64,000 nucleotides of DNA from Phaeosaccion multiseriatum (GCA_965112735.1 OZ218960.1:1364001-1428000), one strand, 5' to 3'; counted from the stretch's first letter, positions 13,602 to 25,600 are shown. Numbers and translations: made by a program. Notes: a model not told the origin generated them from the letters alone.

Positions 13602-14948
13602 TCTTCACTGACACAAGTGCATGCATCTGTACATGATCGCTTCTCGTCACAACTCAAGGCGCTGAGCAGCGTGCAGTGGTCCTAATCCCTCGCTCCCTCC
13701 CCCTCCCCCCGCCCCCTACCTCCTTTTCTTCCCTCCCTCCTTCCCGCCCCCCCATACGCACATCTCTCTCTCTCTCTCTACATACCCTCCACCCTCCACC
13801 CACCCACCCACCCACTCACCCTACCCCCACTCCTGTATCACCAACACTCACACCCACACACCTTTGGTACGACGTTACATTATATGGTGCGGGCAAACAA
13901 AGGTTCTTCCTTCATCCCTCGTAACTTCTTCTCGCGCAACTCCAACAGCATGCCCACTTCCGTACGGGTCAAGCAAGCCGACGGGAGCGTCAAGGTCAAA
14001 GGGGCCATGATGGGAATGAGCAGATTCGAAGTGGAGACGTGAGTGAGGGGAGGAACGGAGGGAGGGGAGGCACGGAGGGAGGGAAGGGAGGGAGGGAGGG
14101 AAGGGAGGGAGGAAGGGAGGGGGGGGAGGGAGGGAGGGAGGGAGGGAGGGAGGGGGGAGTGAGGGGGCGAGCAAGTGAGTGAGTATGTGAGTGAGTGAGT
14201 GAATGAGTGAGTGAGTGAGTGAGTAGCACCAGCACACCAACAGCAGCACGTTTTCACCTGAACCCTGACCCTGGCCATGACCCCATCCCCCCGTCCCCGC
14301 CACCCCCCCCCCTCTTTCTCTCCCTGACCATTCGTGCACAAACGAACAGCAAACTCTCTCAGATTCCCTGTTTCTTCGCACGCACCCCGAGCGGCGGCGT
14401 TCTCACAGATGGCGGGGTGGGCAAGTTCTACATGGAGGCGGGAGATGCAGAGACGGCAATCAAGGCCATGAGGGATGCCAAAGTGCCCGGGGCTCAAGAT
14501 GTCGAGCTTGCATCCACGACATTCGACGATGGTGAGGAGGGAGGGAGGGAGGGAGGGAGGGAGGGAGGGAGGGAGGGAGGGAGGGAAGGAGGGAGGGAGG
14601 GGAGGGGGGGAGAGGAGGGGTGGGGAGAGGAGGAGAGCGGGAGGAGGAGCAAGTTAGGAAGAAGGAAGATTTCAGCAGCACGCGCCGTGCGAGGATCAGG
14701 GGCAACTTGCTTGAAGATAAGCGACTAAGGTGCTCGTCTTACTCATGTCCCTCCCCTGTCTCCTCCCCCCCTCCCTCCCTCCCTCAGTGTTCTACCCTTT
14801 GATTCTCAAACAGAAGCGCCTTGTCTACAAGAACTCCCCTGAGGCCCGTATGCCTGCAAATGTGTATGGGGCGGGCGTGGCTAGGAACTGCGACAAGTCA
14901 CTCACCTACAAGATTGTTCCCTCGGCGGCCCAGGTAGGAATAAATCAC

Positions 14949-14992
<44 letters not shown>

Positions 14993-15601
14993 CGTAGTAC
15001 TTACTTACTTTCTTCCTTGTCCAATTACTCAGTTTCTGGTAGTGTCTTGAAAGAGAGCCCGCTTGATGTTGTACCTTTGCAGAAAGTAGAGGCGTGTCTG
15101 ATCTGTGTCGGACGCGTTTGGGTGGGTGTCTGTCTATTAAACCTCTGCCTGTATGTGTACGTATGTGTCTTTATCTGTGTCTGTGTCTGTGTCTGTGTGC
15201 CCGTGTGTGTGTGTGTGCGTGCGTGCTTGCGCTACCCAGGTTGCCAAGGCGACGGAGCTGACTCGCCTTACGGAGGACACGTGGAACGCCGGCGAAGACG
15301 ACTCCGCGGTGCCTCTCTTCCTCGCTGACAAGCTTGCCTTCGCGGGTGTGGGTAGCAGCGTCAAGGTAAGGGAGAGGGAGAGGGTGTGCGTGCGTAGGTG
15401 CAACTAAAGAGCTGTGTGCGTAGGAGTAGTGGAGGTGCGAGGCCTATCTGTTATTCTGTGCTCAGATGCTTGACTTATCTGTTAATCTGTACTCAGATGC
15501 TTGACTTATCTGTTAATCTGTGCTCAGATGCTTGACTTGTCTGTTAATCTGTGCTCAGATGCTTGACTTGTCTTGCGCGTCCTGTCTCCTTGTCCGTTTG
15601 T

Positions 15602-15657
<56 letters not shown>

Positions 15658-16209
15658 GCGTGTGCGTGTGTGTTTGTACCACCTCTTCTATTCCACCAAT
15701 GCTTCCCTTTCTGTACCGCAACCCCTCCCCCCTGCTGCTGTACCACCAACTGCCCCCCCTTCTACTCCAACTTGCTCTCTCAGATCCCCATGTTCCTGGA
15801 TCAGGACGACATGTTTACGTCATGGCAGAAGCTCGAGAGCGAGGACGAGTCGCCAACTGTGAGTACTCGGAGAAGAGAGAAGGCAGCGTATGGGGGCAGC
15901 GAATGATGTCGTAATTCTTCTCTATTCCTGTGTCTTGCGCGTCTAATCCCCTTTTCTCTCTCTATCCCTCCCTCCCTCCCTCCTTCCTTCTCTCACTCCT
16001 CCCCCCCTCCTCCTCTCCCCTCCTCACGGCAGATCCTGGTGACGACGGTGGCGAGGACGGTGCGGATGATGGAGAAGGGCGGGGGCCGTAACCGCCTGTA
16101 CGAGTTCTACCCCACCAAGGAGATCATCGACGATGCCAACAAGTTCTTCCCTCAGCAGCAAGCGGCACCACCCGCAGCAGCTGGTGATGCAGCAGCAGCG
16201 GGGCAATGA
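12558..16209 (+). CDS. TIC22: Tic22-like plastid protein-import protein with bipartite targeting presequence; exons approx. 12558-12624, 12871-13043, 13446-13521, 13903-14038, 14350-14531, 14788-14933, 15240-15365, 15784-15858, 16033-16209
   Basis: Spliced product: MFRRRAMDVGCLVAVAVALLLQG-GSAFVSPLS (signal peptide + SAF motif + Ser/Thr/Arg transit peptide), then EVETKLSQIPCFF..TPSGG, FYMEAGDAE, YKIVPSAAQV, VPLF, IPMFLDQDDM..W, ILVTTV..TVRMM, YEFYP, the motif order typical of the Tic22 family. Confidence 0.75.
15445..15572. repeat. Intronic 31-bp tandem repeat x4 (TATCTGTTAATCTGTGCTCAGATGCTTGACT)
   Basis: Four contiguous copies, no spacers. Confidence 0.9.
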
Positions 16210-16505
16210 ATGAGCAAGTCAACGAGTACGAGAACAGCTGAGCATATAAGCTTAAGCTCTCAACTCTCAACTCTCAATCACGGAGGAAGTCCCCTCTTCC
16301 CCGTCCCAACTTTTTCTGTGATTTCGCGTAAAGTAAAAAACCACCAATTACCAATTGCCCCATCGGAGCTTCAAGCAGCCGAAAAACGAAAAAAATAACT
16401 TCCTTTGCCGGCTCCCTTTTTTTTGTTGAATGATGGAACGTGAATGAGCCACAGCTCTTTTGTCGTGGAGTGGTTGCTCCCTGAGTCAAGGAGCCCGCGG
16501 AGAGG

Positions 16506-18498
16506 ATGTTTGCGAGGTTTCCAAGACTGATATCAGCTGCAGGAGCAGGAGGGAGGAAGAGCAGAGCCATCAGGCGATATGGCTCGGCGTCGAACGCAGC
16601 GAGCTATAAACTAGAAAGGGCACGCGTGAGCTCAGCAGCCCAGCATATCACCTGCACCTGGAGTGATGGTACGTATGCACACGCTTCTTCTCCCCGCTTC
16701 TATTTTCTCTCCATGCTCTCTTGGCTCTTTCCCCCTCCTCTCTTTTCACCTCCCTCTTCTCTTCCTCTTGCTCTACAATCTTCGTTTCTTCTCCCTCTCC
16801 TCTTTTTTTCACTCTCTCCTTTCGACTTGCTTACCCTTTTGTCATCTTCTCTCTCTCTCTCTCTCTGTGTGTGTGTATGCCTGTGTGTGTGTGTTGTGTG
16901 TGTCCCTCGCCCTTGGCAGGCCACGCTTCCGTGTTCAACTTCACGTGGCTCCGCGCAAACTGCCCTTCCAACAGACACAGCAGCAGGCAGCTCACCTTCT
17001 TTCCCAAGGACCCAGGAGAGCCCAAAACCGTCCAAGGAGGAACAGGAGAGGAAGGGGAGGAGACGATTCAGATCGCATGGCCAGATGGGCACACTTCAAC
17101 TTTCAAGAGCGAGTGGCTGAGAGAGCATGACTCAACCCTCAGCACTTCGATTCAACGCACCTTTGGCAACTGGGGCACCGCCCTTCGGTCGTGGGACGTC
17201 ATCCCCCGTGTGGAACGGGCGAGTTTGCGCGACAAGAAAGGCCTGTATCACCTCCTCCACAACATCAACGTCCACGGCCTGGCCATTGTGGACAATTGCG
17301 GAGTGAAAGAGGGGTCAGTGGCGGAGCTGGCCACCCTCATCTCGCCTCTTTCGCACTCGTACCTCTACGGCAGTGTGTACGATGTGGTGAGTATGGAGGA
17401 CTCGAGGAACATTGCGTACACCTCAGAGCAGCTCGCCCTTCACATGGACCTTGTCTACTATGAGTCACCGCCCGGATTACAACTGCTGCACTGCCTGGCC
17501 TTTGACGAAGGGATCAAGGGTGGGGGCAGTCAGTTCATGGACATGTTTGAGGCTGCAGCGACGTTTCGAAAGCTCCACCCCGACCACTTCTCTACCCTGA
17601 CCAGCGTCCCTGCTACCTTCATGAAGATTCGGGATGCAGCACCAGCAGCAGTAGTTGGTGATACAGCAGTAGCAGGGGATGGGGAAGGGGGGGCGGAGGG
17701 CGGGGTAGATGACCCAACAAACGCGGCGGCATGGATGGTGTATCATCGTCCACACATCGTCACCACACCTGAGGACAACGAAATCGTTGGCGTGTATTGG
17801 GCTCCAATGTTTGAGGGTGAGTTGGTGTTGGGCCACTTACGTGTGGTGCTGTGCTCGCCAATACTCCAATGATGTTTGAGGGCAGGTGAATTGAGGGTAA
17901 TGTCTGTGTTGTATGTGCCCGGCAACATCAACACACAGTGTATCGTGGGTGGGTGGGTGGGGGGGGGGGGGGCGGGGAGAGCAATGAACAGAGGAATGGA
18001 GAGCAGAGAGCGTTGTAGACTAGCGAGCGCCAAGAACCCTAAGCCTTGCTATCCATCTTAGCCGCCTCTCCCCGCGCCCCCCTCCTCGCCTCTTCTCCCA
18101 TTCACTGCCATCCCCTCCTTCCATCCACTGCCACCCCCCTCCCCCAAACACCCCCAAAAGGTACCCTCATGGCCCGCCCCGCGTCTGTGCAAAAGTATTA
18201 CGACGCTCGAGCGGCCTTTGTCGAACTCATTAGCGACAGCGACTTCTCCAGAGAGTACACTATTGAACATCGACTGGAACCGGGGCAGACCGTGGTCATA
18301 AACAACCGAAGAATGTGTCACGGAAGGAGCGCCTTCTCCTCGGAGGTAGAGGGGGAGGGGCATCGTCGCCATCTGCAGGGGTGCTATCTCAACATTGACG
18401 AGTCGCTCAGCAGATTCGCCACGCTTCACCGCCGCTACCGCAAGAGCAAAAACGACTGCATTCGGCGCGTGGGCAATGAGAGCATGCCGCCCTTCTGA
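16506..18498 (+). CDS. BBOX1: Gamma-butyrobetaine dioxygenase-like Fe(II)/2-oxoglutarate dioxygenase (BBOX1/TMLHE, TauD family), probably mitochondrial; exons 16506-16668, 16920-17816, 18161-18498
   Basis: Arg/Ser-rich N-terminus; DUF971-like WSDGH..F..WLR and IAWPDGHTSTFKSEWL; NIAYT..LALHMDLVYYESPPGLQLLHC (HxD); NNRRMCHGRSAF; RHLQGCY. Confidence 0.85.
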
Positions 18499-18741
18499 TT
18501 CTGATTCTGATTCTGATTGAGATTTCTTCCACGGTCAGATGATCCCACCTACCTATGGACATGCGGTCAGCAGGGGGTGGAATGGAGTAGAGCGGAGTGA
18601 CTTGGGGCCCGTCGAAATCTCGAAAGGGTATGATTGATGTTGAATCGTCACGTCGAAGAAAGGAAGGAAGAGGACCAAGAAGAGGAGCATATTCGTCCTC
18701 GCCGGCCGTCGGGGGCCCTCGGGTCAGTGATTCTTTGTTTG

Positions 18742-18822
18742 TTTGCAGCAATTGGCAGCGGTGGGTAGCAGCTGGACCGGCCGCTATTTGCAGCAATTGG
18801 CGGCGGTGGGTAGCAGCTGGAC
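18742..18822. repeat. ~45-bp tandem duplication (about 1.8 copies)
   Basis: TTTGCAGCAATTGGCRGCGGTGGGTAGCAGCTGGAC occurs at 18742 and 18787. Confidence 0.8.
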
Positions 18823-19809
18823 GCGATGGGGCCCTTCAGCTGAGGAAGTCCCTTTGCCTCTTGGGTGTGAGCAGTCAGCCTGCTTGCTACCTGGGTGTCA
18901 AGACGAAAAGACCGCATGTGCCAATGGATGAGGAGGAAGAGACAGATGACAACGATTGAGTACCACCACCTGCCGTGCACTCTTCCTACCCTGTCCCCCC
19001 TCCCTACGCGGCGAGCAGCGGAGACTCGGAAGCATGCTTTTTTTCGGTAGAAAGTTTTCCTCCTGTGTGGTGGTTTGCTTTGTTGAGTCTACGAGGCTGA
19101 CGTCGCTAGGCCGAGCAGCAGGCAATCGGCAGCAGCATACATACACTCACTGGGTCCTCACAGGGACGGGCACCACCGTGAGAATCACCACCTCGTGTAT
19201 CTTATACGCGTATGGGATGAGCATGCGCGAGAGAAGAGAGGGTGACTGGGAAGTTGGAGCCAGCCGGGCGGGAAGGAAGGACGGAGGCGAGGGCAGCGGT
19301 TGGCGGTCAAGGGGGAAGAAAGAAAGGAAGGAGGGAAGGAGCGAGGGCAGCTGGCATGCGGCCAAGAGCGCAGTGGAGCTAGAGTGTGAGGTGTGTGGAT
19401 GCTAAAGGAGGCACCCCGCCGTCCGAACAGACACACCCACACCCCACACCCAACAGACAGGGATCAGACAAGACCGACGTGATATCCACATTTAGGAAGG
19501 CAGAGGCGTGCTTGCCCGGCGTCACATGTCATTAAATTAATAATGAATGGCCCTCCCTCTGCATCAGCATGAGTTTCAATGCTACCTACCCTGTAGACCC
19601 GAGATACTCGTGAACAAGAGAAAGCCTTTTGGTCAGAGTGATGTAACGGAAGCATTTGCTTCTCAGTATTGTTAGTACAGGGGAAGGGGGGGGGGGGGGG
19701 AGTGGACGAGAGAGAGGTAGAGATGTATACACAAGGGGGGGGGCGGAAGCTGTAACTGTCACCGCTGCTATTGCTACTACTGCTGCTCGCCCAGACGCTG
19801 CCTCAGCCC

Positions 19810-20893
19810 TTAGTCCTCTGGCTCCTGAACAAAGGGCTGGTTTGCATTGTTTGCGAGCAACCAGTTGCCTAACCAAGTGACCGCATCCAACCCTTGTGGC
19901 TTGACCTTGCAGAGCTCACAGAGGGCAGTGTTGAGCACCTCCGTGAGAGGTTGGGGATTCAGACCGCCAACTGTGAGGGAGGCGATGTACTCCTCCGCCT
20001 TGCTGCCTGTTGGGATGACCTGAGCATGATGACGCCAATGGTGTGGGTGGACATCAAAACAACAAAGGATGGAGGCGGGAGACACGGCGGGGGAGGAGAG
20101 GGGGCGGGGGCAGGAAGGCGAGGGAGGAATATGAGATTTACAATGCGCACGGAGAGGCAAGCTTCACACGACGTCACCAAGATCCAGAACGCAGAGGCAG
20201 TAGTTGCTGCTGTCAATGAGGTCATTATCAATCACATTCAGTTCTCGTCCCCCAATCACGACCCTCTTCAGCTCCCCTGCGCTCAGCCCCCCGCCCCTTC
20301 CTATCTATCTCCAAGTGAGAAGGTTCCCTCTTCCATCAATCCCGCGAGGCTGCGAAACTCGCAAGTCTGGAGCCCCCCACACCGCGGCATCTTTGCCCTC
20401 CATACGCCCCTCCCTCCCTCTGTCTCTTGTTTGGCTGGCCCTCACTCTGACCCTCTCTCTCTCTCGCCCTCTTTCCCTCACTTTCTCTCTTACCCCCTCT
20501 TCCCTCTCACTTTCGCATTATCCTGTACCACTCGCCCCCTCCCCCCACCCACTCGCAGCCCTACCCGACCCCCCCGCCTCCCATCCCTCCCGTCTCCGCC
20601 CTTCACCTTACCTTTGGCTTGCTAATTCCCTCCAGCTTGGAGTACATGTACGGCTTCCCGTCAATCTCCATCATGTCGATGGACTGTGCTAGCCTACATA
20701 AGTCCTTTCTGCTCCTCCCCAGACGACACGCGTACAGCTCCGACTCCGACGGGGTCAGTGTGTATTCAGTGGAGGACTCTTGGTGGTACGCCTTGATCAA
20801 GACTCCTGCTGGTGCCCCCGCAACCTCGTGGATGCTCACCACATACATGCCCTCGTCGGAGAGCTTCACCCCCGTTGTGTAAAGAGCAGCCAT
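19810..20893 (-). CDS. Small protein (~163 aa) with a C-terminal Dpy-30/RIIa-like dimerisation motif; exons 20893-20612 and 20019-19810
   Basis: AAAG|GTAAGG donor and CAG|GTC acceptor give an in-frame join; C-terminus AEEYI..LTEVLNTALCELCKVKP..AVTWLGNWLLANN resembles the Dpy-30 motif as found in NME5/flagellar proteins. Confidence 0.75.
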
Positions 20894-21529
20894 GGCCGAC
20901 GGAGGTGGTGGCAGCAACTGCTGCTAATCACCACGTGCGTGAAGAGAGGGGCTTCCTCGGCCTGTACTCGACGTGTGCTGTCTGCCTACTCCCGCCCTGC
21001 TTTCTGCTCGTTCGCAGTAGCGACAAGAGGGAAAAGTCAGTAACCGGGCAGTAACGACAAGAAAAAGAGGCAGAATCGGAGAGAGGGTGGAAGAGAAGAG
21101 ACCCGAACGAAAAATAATTGCTCTCGGCAGGGCAGAGGTGTTACCGGCCCCTATCCCAACTGCCACTACAGCAGCAGCTGCTGCTGGTCCTTCTCTCCTC
21201 TTCTACGATTAGAAACCTGCCAAGCTCTACCAGACTTGGGACCAGTGCGAGCTAGGACGGGGAAAGAAAGGAAAGGGAAGGTTTCTTCCCATCCCAACAT
21301 TGATGATCTCCTCTCTTTCTCCTCTTCTTACCTTTTTATCTCTCTTCCTCTCTCCGCCACACCCTTTACAGCAGCTAATGCGTTTACACGAAGAAAATAG
21401 CAACAGCAAGGTCTTTTGCTCTCTTTAGTACTTTTGTGGTTGGAGGGGGAAAAAATGAAACGGTTACAAGTTTGCGTGTTGTCCTCCACAGCCATTTGAG
21501 AATTTTTCCCAACCCAAAATGGCGAAGAA

Positions 21530-21855
21530 GCTCTCGGTCGTACGTGCCGGCATAGTGCCGCTCCTTGCGGGTCTCGCTGTGGGCTGCTGCCGCTCCCGGT
21601 CTGGTGTCCGTGTGGAGCACATTCAGGGCCGTCCTGCAGAGGTTGTTACTCAGGGTTCGGTCGCGAGTTCCGGGGAGGGCGCGGCGGGGGAGGGTGGCGT
21701 CCATACGGAAGGTCCTGGCGATGTTGTGTAGGGGGTTGAAGTACTCCGAGCTCTCGTGTCCGACGCGGGAGACGAAGTTCTGTTTGAACATGTCCTCGAT
21801 GGAGGAGAGCATCCCGGTGTGGTATAGGGTGCTCTGGTTGGGGCACTGAATGGCC
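21530..21855 (-). mobile_element. Inverted fragment of an RLE (restriction-like endonuclease) non-LTR retrotransposon; left arm of a palindrome
   Basis: Minus-strand translation AIQCPNQSTLYHTG..RMDATL..AAAAHSETRKERHY; reverse complement of 21863-22223 with a 33-bp deletion. Confidence 0.8.
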
Positions 21856-21862
21856 GTGCGTG

Positions 21863-22550
21863 GGCCATTCAGTGCCCCAACCAGAGCACTCTCTATCACA
21901 CCGGGATGCTCTCCTTCATCGAGGACATGTTCAAGCAGAACTTTTGGTCTCCCGCGTCGGACACGAGAGCTCGGAGTACTTCAACCCCCTACACAACATC
22001 GCCAGGACCTTCCGCATGGAAGCCACCCTCCCTCGACGCGCCCTCTCCAACGCTCGCGACCCAACCTTTGCCCACCCGGCGCATATGCTGGACCTAACCC
22101 TGAGTAACAACCTCTGCAGGACGGCCCTGAATGTGCTCCACACGGACACCAGACCGGGAGCGGCAGCAGCCCACAGCGAGACCCGCAAGGAGCGGCACTA
22201 TGCCGGCACCTACGACCGAGAGCGTGTTCGCATCACCACCTTGGCCATCGAGACCCACGGACGACTCGGCGCACAGGCGCAGTCACTCCTACACGCACTC
22301 GCCGAGCACGTGGTCTCCCGCACGGGCCGCATTGGCTCCTCCACCACCAAGGGCCACGTCCTGACGATGCTTCGCCGTCTCGTCAGCTGCAGCCACCAGA
22401 TGTGGCTCTCGGAAGCTCGGCTCAACCGCGGTGCTGGTCCTGCACCTCCCCTCCCCGACCAAGAGGGGGAGTAACCGGCCCCTCGACGGCCCCGGAGACA
22501 CAGAGACACATGCACAGGCACACACGCACACACACACACACACAATCACA
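21863..22550 (+). mobile_element. 5'-truncated RLE-type (CRE-like) non-LTR retrotransposon 3' end, frameshifted, with a CA-rich tail
   Basis: End of a zinc knuckle (..IQC..H), R-M-[D/E], LDLT, AAAAHSETRKERHY and LAIETHGRLG are the PD-(D/E)xK endonuclease motifs at the C-terminus of CRE/R2-group elements; stop at 22474 followed by a short 3' UTR and (CA)n. Confidence 0.8.
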
Positions 22551-22657
22551 CTTTCAGTTTCTTAGGTGATTCCTACTAGTATGAAGTCAATAAATCTCGC
22601 CAAGTGAGAACAGAAGAAAAAATAGCAGATGGTGTGTTCTACTTACTGCAGAGTGCC

Positions 22658-25600
22658 TCAGTCCAGCTTCATTCTCAGCCTGGTATGCGGCTCATCTTCC
22701 ACAAAGAGCACGCCTGTGTGCCAGCCCTCCGCCTCCAGACCGTCCAGAAAGGCTCCACACGCCTCCCCCTCTACCTCGTGCAGCGTCTCGGCCACCAGCG
22801 CCACATCCAATCGACCCTGAGGTCCCTTGGAGTCTAGCCCTAACACACGTGCTGTCGGAGCAACGTGGCCTTTCCGGTCCTCCTCCTCCCCTCTGCTCCT
22901 CTCTCCTACGACGATGCCCCTCTCCTGCAGCTTCTCTCGGACGAGGTGGGCGTGGTAAAGAGCGCGAAGCACATGGTGCGTCTCGGCGCCTTGCAAGAGC
23001 ATGACCTTGACCACGGCAGTAGCCGCAGTGGCAGCAGTTGGTGATACAGTAGTCGCATGCTTCATGTTCACCTGATAGGATGGGGACGGGGGGTCCGTTC
23101 GAAGGGGTTGGGGAAGGGAGGGATGAGGATGAGGATGAGGATGAGGGTGAGGGTGAGGGTGAGGATGAGAATTATGAGAAAGGTGCGATGAGGACAATCG
23201 TGCAAAGGACGAAGAGAAGACATTTCAAAGAGTGAAGGGAGAGAAGAAGAAGAAGAAGAAGAAGAAGAAGAAGAAGAAGAAGAAGAAGAAGAAGAAGAAG
23301 AAGAAGAAGAAGAAGAAGAAGAAGAAGAAGAAGAAGAAGAAGAAGATGGGAAAGGAGGCCACAAGCCAAAGCCCACACAAGACTCACCCTTGCCGCCAGC
23401 AGATAGCCGTGCTGCTCCCCCCCCATGCAGTCTCGAACTTGTTGCAGCTCTTGCCAAGACGCCACCGCACCCTCCAGCCCGCAGCCAAAGTCAATCGACA
23501 CAGACACAGACGCAGGGCGGTGTAACGGGCCTCCTCCCGGGGGGCTGTTGCGGTTGCTGCTTGAAGAGTGGTGCTCTGTGTCCAGGGGCAGCCCGAGGCG
23601 CCGTCGGAGACCGTAGGTTACCATCTTCTCCTGCACAGACACCTCCTCGGGAGACAAGATCATGTGACCCCCTCCTGCCTGCTTGCTCTCCTCTGTCCTT
23701 GGCTCTGCATGCCAATTTCTGGCGCCGGTCTTCTCCGTCTTCTCCTTCCCTTCCTGCCTCTCCCCCTTCCCCCTCCTCTCCTCCTCCTGCCCCTCCTGCC
23801 CCTCCTGCCCACTCCTCCTTCTCCTGCCCCGCATGAGCAACTCGAAGCGCTGCATGTCCAGGGTGGGCATGGCCACATGTTTGAGCGCCGCATACGTGCT
23901 CGTCACATGCACCAGCGAAAAGCACACCGCCGCGGGGGCAATCACCCCCAAATCGGACCCCAAGTAACCCGACAATCCCACCCCCACCCCTGTACCCACC
24001 ATCGACGCCAAGATGGTCTGTGCCCCGGCTTTGGCGGTTACATCGGCCAAGTTCTCTTTATTGACAAGCGAGTTATTGATGGCCGCACGAGAGGCGCTCG
24101 CAGCCAAATACGACACGTTCTTGCCCACGTTGGCGACGGAGGCGATGGCGAGGAAGTGGGCCGTGAAGAGCGGACAAAGCAGCTCGAGGAGAGTAGCTAG
24201 GTCCAGCGAAACGGCCGCCACCATCCGCCACATCTGGTACGTTGCGGTGTTGGGGTTTGTGGGGTCAGGAGGAGAGCTATGGATTCCCGGGATATGGGGG
24301 TGTGGGGTTCGAGTTGGGGGGTATTCGCCCAGCAGCGAGGGTGTGAGGTGGGGTTCCGGGTCATGGCTTCTCTCTCTTCCCCCTCCCTCTGGTCAGTGCA
24401 ACAGCCCTTCCCCTCGGGGGGGGGGTGCAGCGGGAGGGCAGGACTACCAAGGAGGAGACAAAGAAAAAACAAACAAACGCAAGGCAAGCAAGCGAGGCAA
24501 GGCAAGGCAAAAGGCCCGACTGCAGAGACCTGACATGAAACCCCCATTTATGACCAAAACCCGACTCAACACCCCCCTTCATCCACTGCCATCCACTGTC
24601 ATCCACTGCCATCTTCCTCCCCACCTTCGGGTTTGAGTCAAAGCGCGTGTTGACGAGGCTTGAGAAGAGCACTCCCCCCAATTGCCCCAGACCGTCTTTG
24701 ATGACCCAATTCAGAGCGGCGGCCATGGGGATGGCACCCGATCCAAGCCCAACCGCATAGAGCTTCAGGGGAGGGTGAGGAGAGGGGAGAGGGGATGGCA
24801 GTGGATGGGGGGAAGGAATGGAGAGATGGAGAGGGGAAGGATCAGAAAAAGACGAGAGGGAGGGAGAGAGTCAGGTGCAAAAATTGACACAACATACACA
24901 CAAACACACACTGTCGTCGATGCTCTTGCAGCGCGTTGGCTCGGCCATCCTCCCCACTCTCCTCACCAGCGCTTGCATGGACATTACCCCCCCTGCGGCG
25001 GAAGCGGCCATGGCCAGGAACTGCCATCTGGCGTAGGGTGCGTAGGAAGCCTTGACGGACTCGGGATAGCCCACAGGGAGGACGTGTTGCAGGCCCATGT
25101 CGCCAACGGAGTAGAGACGCGCCTGGCAGCAAAAGGGAGGGGAGGGGGGGGGGGCACCCGAGTGAGGAGGAGGAGGAGGAGGAGGAGGAGGAGGAGGAGG
25201 AGGAGGAGGAGGAGGAGGAGGAGGAGGAGGAGGAGGAGGAGGAGGAGGAGGAGGAGGAGGAGGAGGAGGAGGAGGAGGAGGAGGAGGAGGAGGAGGAGGA
25301 GGCGGAGGAGGAGGAGGAGGGGGGAGGAGAAGATTGAAGGGCAAGACAAAGATGGACCATGCAAGGTACGAGAGTTGAGAGGGAGGTGGTGCGGGAGGAG
25401 ACCCAGTTGAGGGAAAGGAGGGAAGATACTATCAGCGGCTGGAGTGGGAGGCAAGGAGGCGATACAAGCAGAGGGAAGGATAGGCCTGGATGGGCTAGCG
25501 CAGAGGCCTCACTCACCATGACGCCGGTCCTCTCCTTTGCGTCTGCGCCTGCTGCCCGCTCACCATGCGAGGGATGGAAATCCCCCCGGTGCCGCCGCGC

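Noticed and set aside
15445-15572. 31-bp repeats as a possible CRISPR array
   Set aside because: Contiguous with no unique spacers, inside a eukaryotic intron, no cas genes
18500-19800. Possible gene or ncRNA between BBOX and the Dpy-30-motif gene
   Set aside because: Only scattered donor-like sites and short ORFs; no tRNA, snRNA or protein signature could be supported
21530-22223. MITE or DNA-transposon terminal inverted repeats
   Set aside because: The arms encode retrotransposon endonuclease sequence, homology continues beyond the right arm, and no TSD was seen
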